This document shows positions 26,260-37,663 of a DNA stretch of 64,000 nt, one piece after another. A model generated the notes under the pieces. It was not told where the DNA came from. It did no database searches and saw only the letters and a list, made by a program, of their open reading frames with translations. The stretch comes from Christensenellales bacterium (GTDB lineage: Bacteria; Bacillota; Clostridia; Christensenellales; JBMNTT01): positions 4,285 through 68,284 of the forward strand of contig JBMNTT010000009.1 in the NCBI GenBank assembly GCA_050945875.1. The letters are read 5' to 3'. Position numbers and translations under genes: made by a program. Position 1 is the first letter of the stretch. Each line of letters begins with the position of its first letter.

Positions 26260-28536
26260 GTGCCCTTGGAGGTGCTCTCCCATCCGGATTATCCCCAAGA
26301 AAACGCCTTCCTGGAGGAGATTTTGCGCTTCGTCGCCGAGGAGAAGGACCGGGCGACCGTGCAGGAGAAGGAGCTGCGGGATTGGATCGAGGATTTTCTG
26401 CGGCACAACGGCGGTATCTTTAACAACGACCTGTTCATCAATCAGACCCGCCACCGCCACACCCAGCAGGAGCTGATCAACCTGCGCCTGGCCCAGAACA
26501 CGCCCTACTTCACCCGGGTGGATTTTCAGGAGCGCGGCGCGGATCACCCCTCCCGCTACTATATCGGCAAGTGGGGTATTTACGACCCGACCACCCAAAC
26601 CCCCAAGGTGGTGGACTGGCGCTCGCCCATCGCAAACCTCTACTACTCCGGCCAGGTTGGTCCCCTCTCCTATCAGGCGCCGGACGGCGCGGTGGAGGGC
26701 GAACTGCTGCTCAAGCGGCATCTGGGGATCGAGCGCGGGGTGCTGACCTCGATCTTTGACACCGAGGTGGTCGCCCGGGACGCGTATCTGCAGAGCGTGC
26801 TGGGCAGCCATGCGGGCAGCCGCCTAAAGGATATCGTCTCCACCATTCAGCGCGAGCAGAACGATATCATACGCGCCAAGGTGCGCAACCCCGTCGTTGT
26901 GCAGGGCGTGGCCGGCTCGGGCAAAACCACCATCGCCCTGCACCGCATCGCCTACCTGCTCTACACCTACCAGGATACCATGCACCCGGAGAATATGATG
27001 ATCCTGGCGCCCAACCCGCTGTTTCTACATTATATTTCGGCAGTGCTGCCCGAGTTGGGCGTGGAGAACGCCCTGCAGACCACCTTCTACGGCCTGTGCG
27101 CCCGGCTGGCGGGCAAGCTGCCCGCCTTAGAGGATCAATCCCTGGCCCAACTGATCGCCCTGGACGAGCCCGGCCGCGCCCAAGTCACCGCCATCGGCCG
27201 GTTTAAGGGGTCCCTCGCCTTTGGCCAGTGCGTGCGAAGCTATCTGGACCGAATGGAACGACAGCTGGTGCCCCGCAGACACCTGGCCGTCGGCCCGGTG
27301 AAGATCTGCACCTACGAGGAGATGCGCCGCATCTTCCTGGAGGAGCTCAAGCCCTTCCCCTTGGCCCGTCGGCAGAAGGAGCTCAAAAAATACATGAAAA
27401 CCCGGGTCAAGCGAGCCCAGGCGCAGGTCGCCCAGGTGCTCACCCGGGAGTTTGACAAGCGCCTGGCCATCCTCAAGGCCCGCATGGAGGACAGCCCTGA
27501 GCGCCAGAGCAAAATCCGCGCCATGTACCAGTCCCGGGATGAGCGCATCGCCCAGGCCCAGGCCGCGGTGCAGCCCCAGGTGGACGCCTACCTGAAGGCC
27601 TGGACTCTGCCTGATCTGATCGCGCTCTATCAGGGCCTGTTCACCTCCCCTCCGCCCTTCGACACGCCCGAGGACTGGAACGAGGGGCTGTGGGAGCAGG
27701 TCTGCGCCCACAGCCTGGAGGTGCTCGCGCGTAAGCGCATCGAGCAGGAGGACGTCGCCCCGCTCTTGATGCTCTGCCAACTGCTGACCGGCTACCAGGA
27801 GAAGCTCGACATCCACCATGTGGTGGTGGACGAGGCCCAGGACCTCAGTCCGCTGCAGTTCCAGCTGCTCCATCAGCTCACCGGCACCGCCTCCTTCACC
27901 ATCGTGGGCGACCTGTCCCAGGGCATCCACGCAAACCGGGGCCTGGCCTCCTGGCGGGAGCTCGACGGGGTCTTCCCCCGCAACCCGCCCGAGTACCTGC
28001 AGCTGGTCACCAGCTACCGCAACACCGTGGAGATCATGTCCTGCGCCCGCCAGGTGGACGCGGTCTTCCCCACGGGCAACGCCCTGGCCCGGCCGGTGCT
28101 GCGCCACGGTCCCCGCCCCAGCTTCCATCAGGTAGCGCCCCGGCAGCTGACCGAGCGCATCGCCGCCGTCACCCGCGGCTGGCTGGCCGACGGGCTTAAA
28201 ACCGTCGCGGTCATCGCCAAGACCCGCGAGCCCCTCAAGGGACTGCAGGGCAAACTGACCAAGCTGGGCATCCCCTGCCGCATCCTGAGCGACACCGACG
28301 CCGACTACACCGACGGGGTGATGCTGGTGCCCGCCACACTGGCCAAGGGTCTGGAGTTTGACGGGGTCATCCTGGCGGATGTAGACGCGGAAACCTTCGG
28401 CCTCAGCGCCCTGGACGCCCGCCTGCTCTATGTCTGCATGACCCGTCCGCTGCACCGGTTGGAGGGCTATTACGCCCAGCAGCTCTCCCCGCTGATCAAT
28501 CCGAACTTTCCCCTCTTCGACGAGAACGCCGACTGA
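26260..28536 (+). CDS. UvrD-like helicase, HelD / helicase IV family
   Basis: GTG start after AAGGAGGTG. HelD-like N-terminal region (YFTRVDFQE...YYIGKWG). Walker A VQGVAGSGKTTIALHRIAYLLY, VVVDEAQD, SYRNT. Confidence 0.85.
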   Translation: MPLEVLSHPDYPQENAFLEEILRFVAEEKDRATVQEKELRDWIEDFLRHNGGIFNNDLFINQTRHRHTQQELINLRLAQNTPYFTRVDFQERGADHPSRYYIGKWGIYDPTTQTPKVVDWRSPIANLYYSGQVGPLSYQAPDGAVEGELLLKRHLGIERGVLTSIFDTEVVARDAYLQSVLGSHAGSRLKDIVSTIQREQNDIIRAKVRNPVVVQGVAGSGKTTIALHRIAYLLYTYQDTMHPENMMILAPNPLFLHYISAVLPELGVENALQTTFYGLCARLAGKLPALEDQSLAQLIALDEPGRAQVTAIGRFKGSLAFGQCVRSYLDRMERQLVPRRHLAVGPVKICTYEEMRRIFLEELKPFPLARRQKELKKYMKTRVKRAQAQVAQVLTREFDKRLAILKARMEDSPERQSKIRAMYQSRDERIAQAQAAVQPQVDAYLKAWTLPDLIALYQGLFTSPPPFDTPEDWNEGLWEQVCAHSLEVLARKRIEQEDVAPLLMLCQLLTGYQEKLDIHHVVVDEAQDLSPLQFQLLHQLTGTASFTIVGDLSQGIHANRGLASWRELDGVFPRNPPEYLQLVTSYRNTVEIMSCARQVDAVFPTGNALARPVLRHGPRPSFHQVAPRQLTERIAAVTRGWLADGLKTVAVIAKTREPLKGLQGKLTKLGIPCRILSDTDADYTDGVMLVPATLAKGLEFDGVILADVDAETFGLSALDARLLYVCMTRPLHRLEGYYAQQLSPLINPNFPLFDENAD

Positions 28537-28643
28537 GCGGCGCGCCTTCAGAAATTTGGCCCGCGCAGGTTATATTCAATTGCAATTTGGCCCGCGGCTG
28601 CTATAATGAGATCAAACAAGGCATCCGAAGGGAGAAAACACCC

Positions 28644-29699
28644 ATGACGGATCAGATGACGCCGCTGGAGCGCGTGAGCGCAGCGATTGCCCGCCAACCC
28701 CTGGACCGTGTTCCCGTTTATCCGCTGCTCAACGGGATCAGCCGCCACGAGGTCGGCGCGAGCTACCCCGATTGGACCCGCGACAGCCGGGTCACCGCCG
28801 CGGCCTATGAGGCCATCACCCGCAAGATGGGCGTGGACTGCGTGGTCACCCTGACCGATCTTTCGGTGGAGGCCGGCGACTTTGGTCAGCCCATTGTCTA
28901 TCCCGAGCGAGAGGCCGCCCACCCTGATTTTCATCACCACCGGATCACCGACGCGGCGGGCTACCGCGCGTTGGAGCCCCTGAATCTGGCCCGGGCGGCT
29001 CGCATGAGCAACCATATCGACCTGTGCGCCCGGCTGGTGGAGCGCATGGGACAGGAGTACCCCATCGTCGCCTTCGTGTTCGGACCGTTGGGGATCGTCA
29101 GCATGCTGCGAGGGCAGAGCGACCTTTACATGGACCTGATCGACGATCCCGAGGCGGTGACGTCCGCCCTGGAGGCCGTCACCCTCACCCTGCTGGACTA
29201 TGTGGACCGGCTGATGGACGCCGGGGTGCACGCGGTGATGGTCGATACCCTGTTCTCCAGCCAGTCGATCATGAGCAAGCGCATGTGGGACGCCGTGGAG
29301 GGCCCCTATGTCCAACGCCTGGCCGAGCATATCCACGAGAAGGGCTGTATGGTCATGATCCACAACTGCGGCAAGGGCATCTACATGGACGCGCAGATCG
29401 CCCGCATGCACCCTGAGGCCATCAGCTACCTGCACCTACCACCGGATTGCGCCGACATGGCCGCCCTGAAAGCCAGCTATGGCCAGCGCACCACCCTGAT
29501 CGGCCAGGTGGACCCCATCTGGGTTGCCCGGGCCTCCCGGGAGGAGGTCCTCGCCGAGTGCCACCGGGAGCTGGAGGCGCTCAGCCCGGGCGGCGGCTTC
29601 ATTTTGGCCACAGGCTGCGAGTATCCCTCGGAGGCCAGCTTGGATGGCGCGGCGGCCATGGTCGAGGCGGCGCATGCCTGGGGCCGCCCGCAGGCCTAG
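28644..29699 (+). CDS. uroporphyrinogen decarboxylase (URO-D) family protein (methyltransferase MtaA/CmuA-like)
   Basis: N-terminus MTPLERVSAAIARQPLDRVPVYPL, 351 aa TIM-barrel family. GAAGGGAG RBS before the ATG at 28644. Confidence 0.75.
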   Translation: MTDQMTPLERVSAAIARQPLDRVPVYPLLNGISRHEVGASYPDWTRDSRVTAAAYEAITRKMGVDCVVTLTDLSVEAGDFGQPIVYPEREAAHPDFHHHRITDAAGYRALEPLNLARAARMSNHIDLCARLVERMGQEYPIVAFVFGPLGIVSMLRGQSDLYMDLIDDPEAVTSALEAVTLTLLDYVDRLMDAGVHAVMVDTLFSSQSIMSKRMWDAVEGPYVQRLAEHIHEKGCMVMIHNCGKGIYMDAQIARMHPEAISYLHLPPDCADMAALKASYGQRTTLIGQVDPIWVARASREEVLAECHRELEALSPGGGFILATGCEYPSEASLDGAAAMVEAAHAWGRPQA

Positions 29700-29787
29700 A
29701 CCGCGGCTCAGTCGAAAAGGGACTTGCATTGGCGGCACAAATCCTGTATAATAATGACTGCTATGGACGGAAGGAGGATGGCCGCTT

Positions 29788-30036
29788 ATGAACGTGCTAA
29801 GCATTGTGGCCACCGTGGTGCTGCTGTTGGTCGATCTGTTTCTGATCGTGGTGGTGCTGCTGCAAACCAGCAAAGGGGATGGTCTGACACCCCTGACCGG
29901 CTCTCAGGATACGTTCTTCGGGAAGAACAAGTCCAAAACCTTTGAGGGCAAGCTCAAGTTGATGACCCGTATCGCCGCCGTTGCCGTTGCCGTACTTTCT
30001 TTGGCACTGGTTCTGGTACAGCGCTTTGCTGCGTAA
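29788..30036 (+). CDS. secG: preprotein translocase subunit SecG
   Basis: 82 aa, two TM helices, LLQTSKGDGL motif. Followed by rnr as in many Firmicutes. Confidence 0.85.
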   Translation: MNVLSIVATVVLLLVDLFLIVVVLLQTSKGDGLTPLTGSQDTFFGKNKSKTFEGKLKLMTRIAAVAVAVLSLALVLVQRFAA

Positions 30037-30078
30037 GGTGATCGTGGCTCATCGATCAAAACCGGAAGCATCTCATTG

Positions 30079-30102
30079 AAAGCGGGCATACGCCCGCTTT
30101 TT
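30079..30102 (+). terminator. intrinsic terminator after secG
   Basis: AAAGCGGGC-ATAC-GCCCGCTTTTT. Confidence 0.7.
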
Positions 30103-30241
30103 GGCGTGCGTCCGCGAAATCGGCCCCAAAGACGAAGGGCCGTCGGGCGACCAGGGAATGGCCGCCGCCGCGGGTATTGAGCGGCGGCCCCCTAGGGACA
30201 CTAAAAAAAGCCCGCTGAAGCGACACGAGAGAGGGAATGAA

Positions 30242-32908
30242 ATGACAACACAACAAGAAACCCCCAACAAGAGTGAATCCCTGGGCAATCTGCAAGATGC
30301 CGTGCTCGGGTTTTTCGAGCGCAACCCGCAGCCGGTGCTGTTCTCCACCCTGGCCAAGGAGCTGGATGTGCCCCGCGGCCAGTGGAAACTGCTGGGCAAG
30401 ACCCTCGAGCAGATGGAGAAACCCGCGCTGATCTACTGCGACAAGCAGAAGCGCTATGGCCCCCCCGCCGCCTTTGGTCTGCACACCGGCCACATCATGG
30501 GAAATCCCCGGGGCTTCGGCTTTTTTGTGCCCGAGGACGGCACGGCGGACGCCTTCGTCGGCCCGCGCAACCTGATGGGCGCGATGCACATGGATCGGGT
30601 GCTCTGCGAGGTTTTCCCCTCCCAGAAGCCGGATCAGGGGCCCGAGGGCAAGGTGCTGCGCATCCTGGAGCGGGCCAACGTCACCGTGGTGGGCACCTAC
30701 CTGGCCGGCTCCCTGGTGACCGCCGACAACCCCAAGATCGCCGACGGCATCCTGGTCTCCCCTGACGACGCCCTGGGCGCCACCGCCGGGGATAAGGTGG
30801 TCACCGAGATCATCAAATATCCCACCAGCGATGAGGCCGCCCGGGGCCGGGTCATCGAGGTGCTGGGCGCCAAGGGCGACGTGGGTGTGGATGTGCTGAG
30901 CATCATCCGCAGCTACTCCCTGCCCGAGGCCTTTCCTCCGCCGGTTAAGAACGCCGCCAGCCGGGTCAAGAAGCAACTGGAGGAGGGCGACGCCGAGGGC
31001 CGCGAGGACCTGCGCGACTTGATGCTCTTCACCATCGACGGGGCCGACGCCAAGGATCTGGACGACGCCGTATCCCTGGAGACCACCGAGGACGGTCTAT
31101 ATCGCCTGGGCGTGCACATCGCCGATGTCAGCCATTACGTGCGCACCGGCTCGGTGCTGGACCAGGAGGCCTACAAGCGCGGCACCAGCGTCTACCTGGC
31201 GGACCGGGTCATCCCTATGCTGCCCGAGCAGCTGAGCAACGGCATCTGCTCGCTCAACCCCGACGTGGACCGGCTGGCCTTCAGCGCCTTCATGGAGATC
31301 AACGATCAGGGCGAGGTGCTCTCCTGTCGCCTGACAGAGAGCGTCATCCACTCCAAGACGCGGCTGACCTACTCGGAGGTCAGCCAGATGCTCAAGGGCG
31401 GCGATCCCGAGCTGATCCAGAGACGCCAGGCGGTCTACCCCACCCTGAAAGCCATGGAGCAGCTCTGCCATATCCTGCGCGAGAAGCGCACCCGGCGCGG
31501 CAGCGTGGATTTCGAGTTTGACGAGGCCAAGATCATCCTGGACGATCAGGGGCACCCGGTGGACATCCAGCTGCGTGAGAACGACATCGCCAACCAGCTG
31601 ATCGAGGAGTTCATGCTCTGCGCCAACGAGTCGGTGGCCAAGATGGCGGTGGAGAAGAAAATTCCCATCATGTACCGGGTGCACGAGCTGCCCGATCCGG
31701 ACAAACTTTCGGCCTTCGGCGCGTTTCTGGCGGGCATCGGCCTGAAACTGCCCGGCGCCAACCTGGGCAAGGTTGATCCCAAGCAGCTGCAGCAGCTGCT
31801 CGGCCGCATCTCCGGCACCGACCAGGAGGCCATGATCAGCCGCCTGATGCTGCGCTCGCTGCAGAAGGCGCGCTATTGCGAGGAGAACCTGGGACACTAC
31901 GCCCTGGCGGCGGACAACTACTGCCACTTTACCTCCCCCATCCGCCGCTATCCCGATCTGGTCACCCACCGGGCCCTGAAGCGGTATCTGCACGGCGGCC
32001 TCAAGGGTAAGGGGCGCACTAATTTGGTGCGCATGATGCCTGAGATGGCCCAGCAGTGCTCCCTGCGGGAGAAGCAGGCCATGGAGGCTGAGCGCGCTGT
32101 GGACGACCTGAAAAAAGCCGAGTACATGGCGGACCATGTCGGCGAGAGTTTTGACGGCGTGGTGTCCGGGGTGACGGCCTACGGGTACTATGTGGCCCTG
32201 CCCAACACGGTCGAGGGCATGGTGCGTCTGCAGTCTTTGGAGCAGCCCTTCCAGTATGACGAGGACCATTACTGTCTGATCGGCGCGAGCACCGGTCGCC
32301 GCATTACCCTGGGCGACAAGGTGCGCATCCGGGTGCTGGCGGCGGACCTGATCAACCGGCGGGTGGATTTTGAGCCCGACAACGAACAGGAGCGCGGCAC
32401 CCCGATGCTGCGGGCCACGGGCGCCCGTCAGCGCCCGCCGATGCGTCGGCCCCAACCCCGGCCGGTTGCGCCGACGCCCGTCACGCAGGCCCCGGTGGCG
32501 CAGCCGCAGGCTGAAACGCCCGCCCAGGCGCCCGCCAGCACGCCCCTGTCCCGCACGGCCAAGCGCCGCAACGCGCGCAAGCGGGCGGCGGCGCGCAAGC
32601 GCGAGCAGGAAGCCCTGCAGCCCCAGAGCGCGCCGGTCAAGCCCGTCAAAGATCCCATCACCGGCAAGCGCCGCAAGGATGCGCCCGTGGCCAAGACGCC
32701 CTCGACCAAAGCGCCCAGCAAATCCGTCGCGAAGGGCAAGACAAAGCCTCAGCCTCGGTCCGCGGCCATGCCGCCGCCCTTCATCCCCACGGCGGGTGGT
32801 CTAAAGCTGCCCACCGGTCGGCGGCTCCCCATGCGCCAGGCCCGCTATGAGGAGCAGATGGTCAGCAAATCCCCCACCCGTCCCAACGGCCCCAAGATCC
32901 ATATCTGA
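30242..32908 (+). CDS. rnr: ribonuclease R
   Basis: RNB catalytic domain (FTIDGADAKDLDDAVS, YLADRVIPMLP), S1 domain, Lys/Arg/Pro/Ala-rich C-terminal tail. ATG at 30242. Confidence 0.9.
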   Translation: MTTQQETPNKSESLGNLQDAVLGFFERNPQPVLFSTLAKELDVPRGQWKLLGKTLEQMEKPALIYCDKQKRYGPPAAFGLHTGHIMGNPRGFGFFVPEDGTADAFVGPRNLMGAMHMDRVLCEVFPSQKPDQGPEGKVLRILERANVTVVGTYLAGSLVTADNPKIADGILVSPDDALGATAGDKVVTEIIKYPTSDEAARGRVIEVLGAKGDVGVDVLSIIRSYSLPEAFPPPVKNAASRVKKQLEEGDAEGREDLRDLMLFTIDGADAKDLDDAVSLETTEDGLYRLGVHIADVSHYVRTGSVLDQEAYKRGTSVYLADRVIPMLPEQLSNGICSLNPDVDRLAFSAFMEINDQGEVLSCRLTESVIHSKTRLTYSEVSQMLKGGDPELIQRRQAVYPTLKAMEQLCHILREKRTRRGSVDFEFDEAKIILDDQGHPVDIQLRENDIANQLIEEFMLCANESVAKMAVEKKIPIMYRVHELPDPDKLSAFGAFLAGIGLKLPGANLGKVDPKQLQQLLGRISGTDQEAMISRLMLRSLQKARYCEENLGHYALAADNYCHFTSPIRRYPDLVTHRALKRYLHGGLKGKGRTNLVRMMPEMAQQCSLREKQAMEAERAVDDLKKAEYMADHVGESFDGVVSGVTAYGYYVALPNTVEGMVRLQSLEQPFQYDEDHYCLIGASTGRRITLGDKVRIRVLAADLINRRVDFEPDNEQERGTPMLRATGARQRPPMRRPQPRPVAPTPVTQAPVAQPQAETPAQAPASTPLSRTAKRRNARKRAAARKREQEALQPQSAPVKPVKDPITGKRRKDAPVAKTPSTKAPSKSVAKGKTKPQPRSAAMPPPFIPTAGGLKLPTGRRLPMRQARYEEQMVSKSPTRPNGPKIHI

Positions 32909-32917
32909 CCGCAAGCC

Positions 32918-32951
32918 AAAGCCCCCTGCCGCACAGGCAGGGGGCTTTTTT
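32918..32951. terminator. bidirectional intrinsic terminator
   Basis: AAAGCCCCCTGCC-GCACA-GGCAGGGGGCTTTTTT between convergent rnr and a lipoprotein gene. Confidence 0.75.
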
Positions 32952-32963
32952 GACGGGTAGAGG

Positions 32964-33374
32964 TTACTTCGCGCTGAACTCCTGGGAACAGATCTCCGAT
33001 CCATCCTTGTTCAGGTAGCGCACCACGACAACCGGGTTCTCCACATCCACGACCTTTCCAACCGACGCGGCAACACCCTCGAAGGTGGCCGCCTCGCCAT
33101 TGAGCGCTTCCTTGAGCGAATCGCCCAGGCCTTCGGTATCCACCTGCTGCTGCAGGGTGTAGACGTAGACCAGTTTGTTGCCCTCGGCGACAATGGCGAT
33201 GTCAAACCCGGAATTTCCCATGGACGCCTTGGCCTTGTCCAGCTCCGCCTTCAGTTCGTCCGATGCGACGAACGCATCCATGGACTTATAGGGTTTGGCG
33301 TTACAGGCGGTGGCCATGAGGGCCACCATACAGACCAGCACCAGGGCAAGCGCGCGAGAAACGATCTTTTTCAT
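32964..33374 (-). CDS. lipoprotein (DUF4854-like)
   Basis: Signal peptide plus lipobox LMATACNAK, 136 aa. Own promoter TTGCTT-17-TATAAT upstream. Confidence 0.65.
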   Translation of the reverse strand: MKKIVSRALALVLVCMVALMATACNAKPYKSMDAFVASDELKAELDKAKASMGNSGFDIAIVAEGNKLVYVYTLQQQVDTEGLGDSLKEALNGEAATFEGVAASVGKVVDVENPVVVVRYLNKDGSEICSQEFSAK

Positions 33375-33569
33375 CTAGATAACCCCTCTTCCTTTTTGAT
33401 CCGGCGCAATACCGCACCGTTCTTGATTATAAAGAAACGCGCGAAAAAAAGCAATCACCTCTACCGATAGCCGTCCAGTTCGCTCGGGTCTTGTCAGCAG
33501 TCCCGCCGGAGGTCGTCGCGCACCGACCCTTTGCGCGGGAACCCGCCCCGCGCGGGCAGCGATCGGGCT

Positions 33570-34895
33570 TCATCGCTGAGCAGCCTGCCGATCCCGCTCA
33601 TAGGCCTGGAGTTGTTCCAGCTGGATGCGGTTATACGCCTGAGCAGCCTCCTCGGCGCTCATGCCGTCAATCATCTCCAGGCACAGAATCCGCACCGTAT
33701 CCCAGTAGGTGAAGTGCAGATTCATGTCCTCGATGGGAATCTGACCGTCCTGCTCCACCAGGTCGATCAAATTCTCAATGTGTTCAGCGTTCGGAGGCAT
33801 GCCCTTTTGCCCTCTTCGGGAAGGCAAAAAGCAGCTTCCCTCGGTGAGCAGCATGGCGTCCATGTCGTCCGTGAGATACCGAGCCGCGTCCAGGGCCTGC
33901 TCCAGATGTTCGCTGTTCGCGTTCACACAGAGACGGTCGGCGATGGAGGGCAGCGTCACCACGCCGTCCGGCATCACCGGGACACCTTGCCCAACATAGT
34001 TGAAGGGCGTCGCGTCGTCGAAGCGTTTTTGCACGCTACAATTGAAGAAACCGAAGGCCACCTTCTGATTTTGAAAATCCGTCAGGTCCGTGGTGGCCCC
34101 GGGAATGCTATCCACATACGCCCCCGTGAGCCCCTCGCCGTAATACCCCTTGTCCAAAAACTCCTCAAACAACTGAAAGCCTTCGATCATATAGTCCCCG
34201 ATTTGGATCGTTCCGGCGTTGAGACCCTCCACCAGCTCATCGTAATTTTCCGCCCGGTAGAGCTTGTAGAGCCCGCGCGCCATGACCGGCACCGTCATGC
34301 CGTACCACCGGCTGATCGCGCAGGGGGTGATCCCGTTCTCCTTGAGCACCTGGCAGCAGTGTATCCACTCCTGGTAATTCGTCGGGGCGGACAAGCCGTA
34401 TCGGGCCAGCAAGTCGGTGTTGACATACATGCCGTACACCGCCATGGTCAACGGGATGGTATAGGTTACGCCGTCCATCACGGCCTGCTCCCTGGCGGAG
34501 ACGAACAGTTTGTCGAAGGTCGGCAGTTCGGACAGATCATACAGGTAGCCGCGGCTGACAAAGCCTTTGACGCTGTCGGCGTTGACGACAAAGATATCGT
34601 CGCCCTTCCCGGAGGACAGGCGCTTCTCCAGCACCTCATTGTAGCCGTCTTTGATGGGCAACCCTTCCACCTGAATCTGAACATCGTCGTGGGCAAGGTT
34701 ATACGCGTCGATCAGTTCCAGGAATACGTTGTCCCCCTCATTGCGCTGCAAACTCATGGGCAGGAAAAAGTTCAGGACCACCGGGTCCGGTTTCCGCTCC
34801 ACGACCATCTCCTCCCTCGGTCCGCAGCCTTGGATGCCCCCCGCCAGCAGCGCCACACACAGCGCAAGCGCGACAAGCCGTTTTGTCCCCCTCAT
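33570..34895 (-). CDS. ABC-type extracellular solute-binding lipoprotein (family 1, sugar-type)
   Basis: Lipobox LLAGGIQGCGP, 441 aa SBP_bac_1-like sequence. Starts 13 nt after the stop of the upstream hybrid kinase gene. No cognate permease or ATPase genes adjacent. Confidence 0.8.
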   Translation of the reverse strand: MRGTKRLVALALCVALLAGGIQGCGPREEMVVERKPDPVVLNFFLPMSLQRNEGDNVFLELIDAYNLAHDDVQIQVEGLPIKDGYNEVLEKRLSSGKGDDIFVVNADSVKGFVSRGYLYDLSELPTFDKLFVSAREQAVMDGVTYTIPLTMAVYGMYVNTDLLARYGLSAPTNYQEWIHCCQVLKENGITPCAISRWYGMTVPVMARGLYKLYRAENYDELVEGLNAGTIQIGDYMIEGFQLFEEFLDKGYYGEGLTGAYVDSIPGATTDLTDFQNQKVAFGFFNCSVQKRFDDATPFNYVGQGVPVMPDGVVTLPSIADRLCVNANSEHLEQALDAARYLTDDMDAMLLTEGSCFLPSRRGQKGMPPNAEHIENLIDLVEQDGQIPIEDMNLHFTYWDTVRILCLEMIDGMSAEEAAQAYNRIQLEQLQAYERDRQAAQR

Positions 34896-34908
34896 GTTCC
34901 ATCTCCCC

Positions 34909-37455
34909 CTATCGCTCGTCGATCATCTTTTGAAGCAGCGCACAGAGCTGCCTGAAATCCACTGGTTTGGATACATGCGCATCCATCCCGGCGTCGATCG
35001 CCTTTTGAATATCCTCGGCGAACGCATCGGCCGTCATGGCGATGATGGGTATTTCCTGTGCGTCCTTCCTCGGCAGCGCGCGGATGGCGCGCGCCGCGTC
35101 GTACCCGTTCAGGATCGGCATCTGAATATCCATGAGGATGGCCTGGTAATGGTTGGGCTCCTGGCCGGAGAACAGCGCCACCGCCCGCGCGCCGTTCTCC
35201 GCCGTCTCCACCCGGATGCCAAACACGGAGAGCATCTCGACGGCAATCTCCCGATTGAGGCTATTGTCATCCACCAGCAAGAGGGTCCACCCCTCGGCCG
35301 ACGATCGCCCCTGCGCAGGCAGAGCGCCCGGCGCGCGCTCCCGGGCCCCCGCCGCCTCCGGATTGATCCGCAGGCGGAGCTCCACCACGAAGGTGCTTCC
35401 CTGACCCAGGGCGCTGTCCACCGAAATGGTGCCGCCCATGAGGTCCACGAGTTTCTTGGTGATGGCCATACCCAGGCCGCTACCGCCCTGAGTATGGCCC
35501 GCGCGACGCTCCTGCTCGAAGGCGTCAAAGAGATGGGGAAGAAACTGCGGCGACATGCCCGCGCCGTTGTCCTGGATTTCGTGGCGCAGGCGCACCCAGC
35601 CCGGCTCCTCCGCCAGCTCCGTGATCTGCCAGCGGATCGTTCCGCCCTCCTGGGTAAACTTCACGCTGTTAGCCAGGATGTTGATGAGCACCTGGTTGAT
35701 CCGCAGCGCGTCTCCATAGAGCGCGTCATGCTCAAGCCTGTTGATCTGGACCGTGAAGGTCTGCCCGCGCTCCTCCGCCTGCCCACGAATGATATCAGAG
35801 ATTCTCTGAATTTCCTGCGTGACCCACATTGGCTGGGGATTGATGCTCAGCTTGCCGCTCTCGATACGGCTCATGTCCAGGATGTCATTGATGAGGCTGA
35901 GCAGATGACCACCGGAGCTGCTGATCTTCAGCAACAGCTCCCGGACCCGCTCGGAGCAATCCGGCTGCAGCAGGGCCAACTCCGTCATGCCCATGATGGC
36001 GTTCATGGGGGTGCGGATGTCGTGGCTCATGGCCGAGAGGAACTCGCTCTTGGCCTGGCTGGCCTTTTCCGCCGCCATCAGGGCGTCGTCCAGGTTTTTG
36101 CGGGCCTCGCGCTCCGCGGTCTGGTCCTCAACAGCCACGATGTATTGGTTATCGTCCGAGCGTTTGTCCACGCGGAGGATTTTGACCTTGAGCCACAACA
36201 AGCGCTGCTCGGTCCCGTGCTGATATCGGCACGGCTCCCCCACGTTCTCCGTCAGGGTTCCGCGAAGCATCTGCGCCGCCGCCCGCTTCAAGGGTTCGCT
36301 CTCGCAGCGCTCAAAAAACAGCATTGGGTTATCCCGGCAGCGCTCAGCGTCCACGCCCAGCACCTGTAGGGCGTTGTCGAACACCATCTCCATCTGGCGG
36401 CGTCGACCATTGTAGATCATGAAGACCTGCTCCACGTTCTCCGAGATCAGGCCGAAGAGCATGTCGCGGTACTCCCGCTCCTTGGAGATCATCATCGTCC
36501 GGCGGCGACTGTTGAGCATCAGCATGAGGCTGATGACACACAGGACAATGAAACAGCAGACGAAAACCACCAGGATCAGGATCGAGTTTCTGGCTTGCTG
36601 AATCACCCCCAGGGGTACGATGGCGGTCATATACCAGCCGGGGGTGTTCTCCACGGGCGTGAAGTAAAGGTAATCCCGGCTGTTTTCAGTTTTGAGCACG
36701 ATGCTGCCGGCCTGCCCGTTTTCGACCAGGTCCCGGACGGTCTGCAGAGACTTCGGGGTGTTCCCGCTCTTGTCCAACATCTCATAGAGCGAGGTGTAAG
36801 TCCGCTGGGCAACCGTATTTTTCGTGTACGCCAGGTAATCGCCGCTCTTTCCGTCGATCATATAGGCAAAACTGCGACCGCCGAAAAACTCCATCGCCGC
36901 AGGGACATAGTATTTTTCCAGATCGATGTAGGCGTACAGCGTGGCCGAGGGACTCGCGTCCAGGGCAACGGGATACCGCATGACCACCTGCTTGCGGCCG
37001 TCCCATCCGAAGAAGGCCTGGCTGATGTCGCTGTCCTCGGGAAACTCCGCCCACTCCATGTCCGTCTCGGGGGTGATCGGAACGCCATCGCTGAAGTAGC
37101 CGACGCCGTCGGCATCCACCAGGGCCATGCGGCTGAAGATACCCTCCTGCACATACTCCTGCATCTTCCCCAGCCGCTTTTCCTCCGGCAGCAGCGCAAC
37201 CGTGCCGGAGATTTCCCGCAGGCAGAGCCGGTCCTGCCCCACCGACTCCTCTATACAATCCGCGCCGATCTTGGTCATGCTCTTGATGCTGTCCTCGGTA
37301 TCCTCCCGCAGGCTGTTGTTGATCCGGTTGACGAAGCCTAGCACGCCGATGATCAGCAAGAGCATCAGGATCAGCGCGCCCGCTATCCGAAGCAGGCTCC
37401 CGACATCCCGATCGAGCGTTTTCTCTCCGCCCTGATTTTTGGGGCCCTTTCGCAT
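34909..37455 (-). CDS. hybrid sensor histidine kinase/response regulator with large extracytoplasmic sensor domain
   Basis: TM, about 270-aa extracellular (Cache-like) region, TM, PAS, H-box [16 protein letters not shown], HATPase (GSGLGMAI), C-terminal REC ([12 protein letters not shown]). Confidence 0.9.
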   Translation of the reverse strand: MRKGPKNQGGEKTLDRDVGSLLRIAGALILMLLLIIGVLGFVNRINNSLREDTEDSIKSMTKIGADCIEESVGQDRLCLREISGTVALLPEEKRLGKMQEYVQEGIFSRMALVDADGVGYFSDGVPITPETDMEWAEFPEDSDISQAFFGWDGRKQVVMRYPVALDASPSATLYAYIDLEKYYVPAAMEFFGGRSFAYMIDGKSGDYLAYTKNTVAQRTYTSLYEMLDKSGNTPKSLQTVRDLVENGQAGSIVLKTENSRDYLYFTPVENTPGWYMTAIVPLGVIQQARNSILILVVFVCCFIVLCVISLMLMLNSRRRTMMISKEREYRDMLFGLISENVEQVFMIYNGRRRQMEMVFDNALQVLGVDAERCRDNPMLFFERCESEPLKRAAAQMLRGTLTENVGEPCRYQHGTEQRLLWLKVKILRVDKRSDDNQYIVAVEDQTAEREARKNLDDALMAAEKASQAKSEFLSAMSHDIRTPMNAIMGMTELALLQPDCSERVRELLLKISSSGGHLLSLINDILDMSRIESGKLSINPQPMWVTQEIQRISDIIRGQAEERGQTFTVQINRLEHDALYGDALRINQVLINILANSVKFTQEGGTIRWQITELAEEPGWVRLRHEIQDNGAGMSPQFLPHLFDAFEQERRAGHTQGGSGLGMAITKKLVDLMGGTISVDSALGQGSTFVVELRLRINPEAAGARERAPGALPAQGRSSAEGWTLLLVDDNSLNREIAVEMLSVFGIRVETAENGARAVALFSGQEPNHYQAILMDIQMPILNGYDAARAIRALPRKDAQEIPIIAMTADAFAEDIQKAIDAGMDAHVSKPVDFRQLCALLQKMIDER

Positions 37456-37663
37456 CGATCAAATCACCTCGTATCCATGATGTGGCGACGGGAAGAACTG
37501 GAGACGCCCGATGCCCTGTCATCCCCATATCCGAAACCCAACCCAAGTCCAGCGCGATGGGATCGCCATACCCTCTGTCAGCGCGGCGCAGCGCTTGTCC
37601 ACCTCGACGATGGCGGCGGAAACGGTTGGGCGGGCGGCGGCGTTCAGCACGGCAATCCGATCT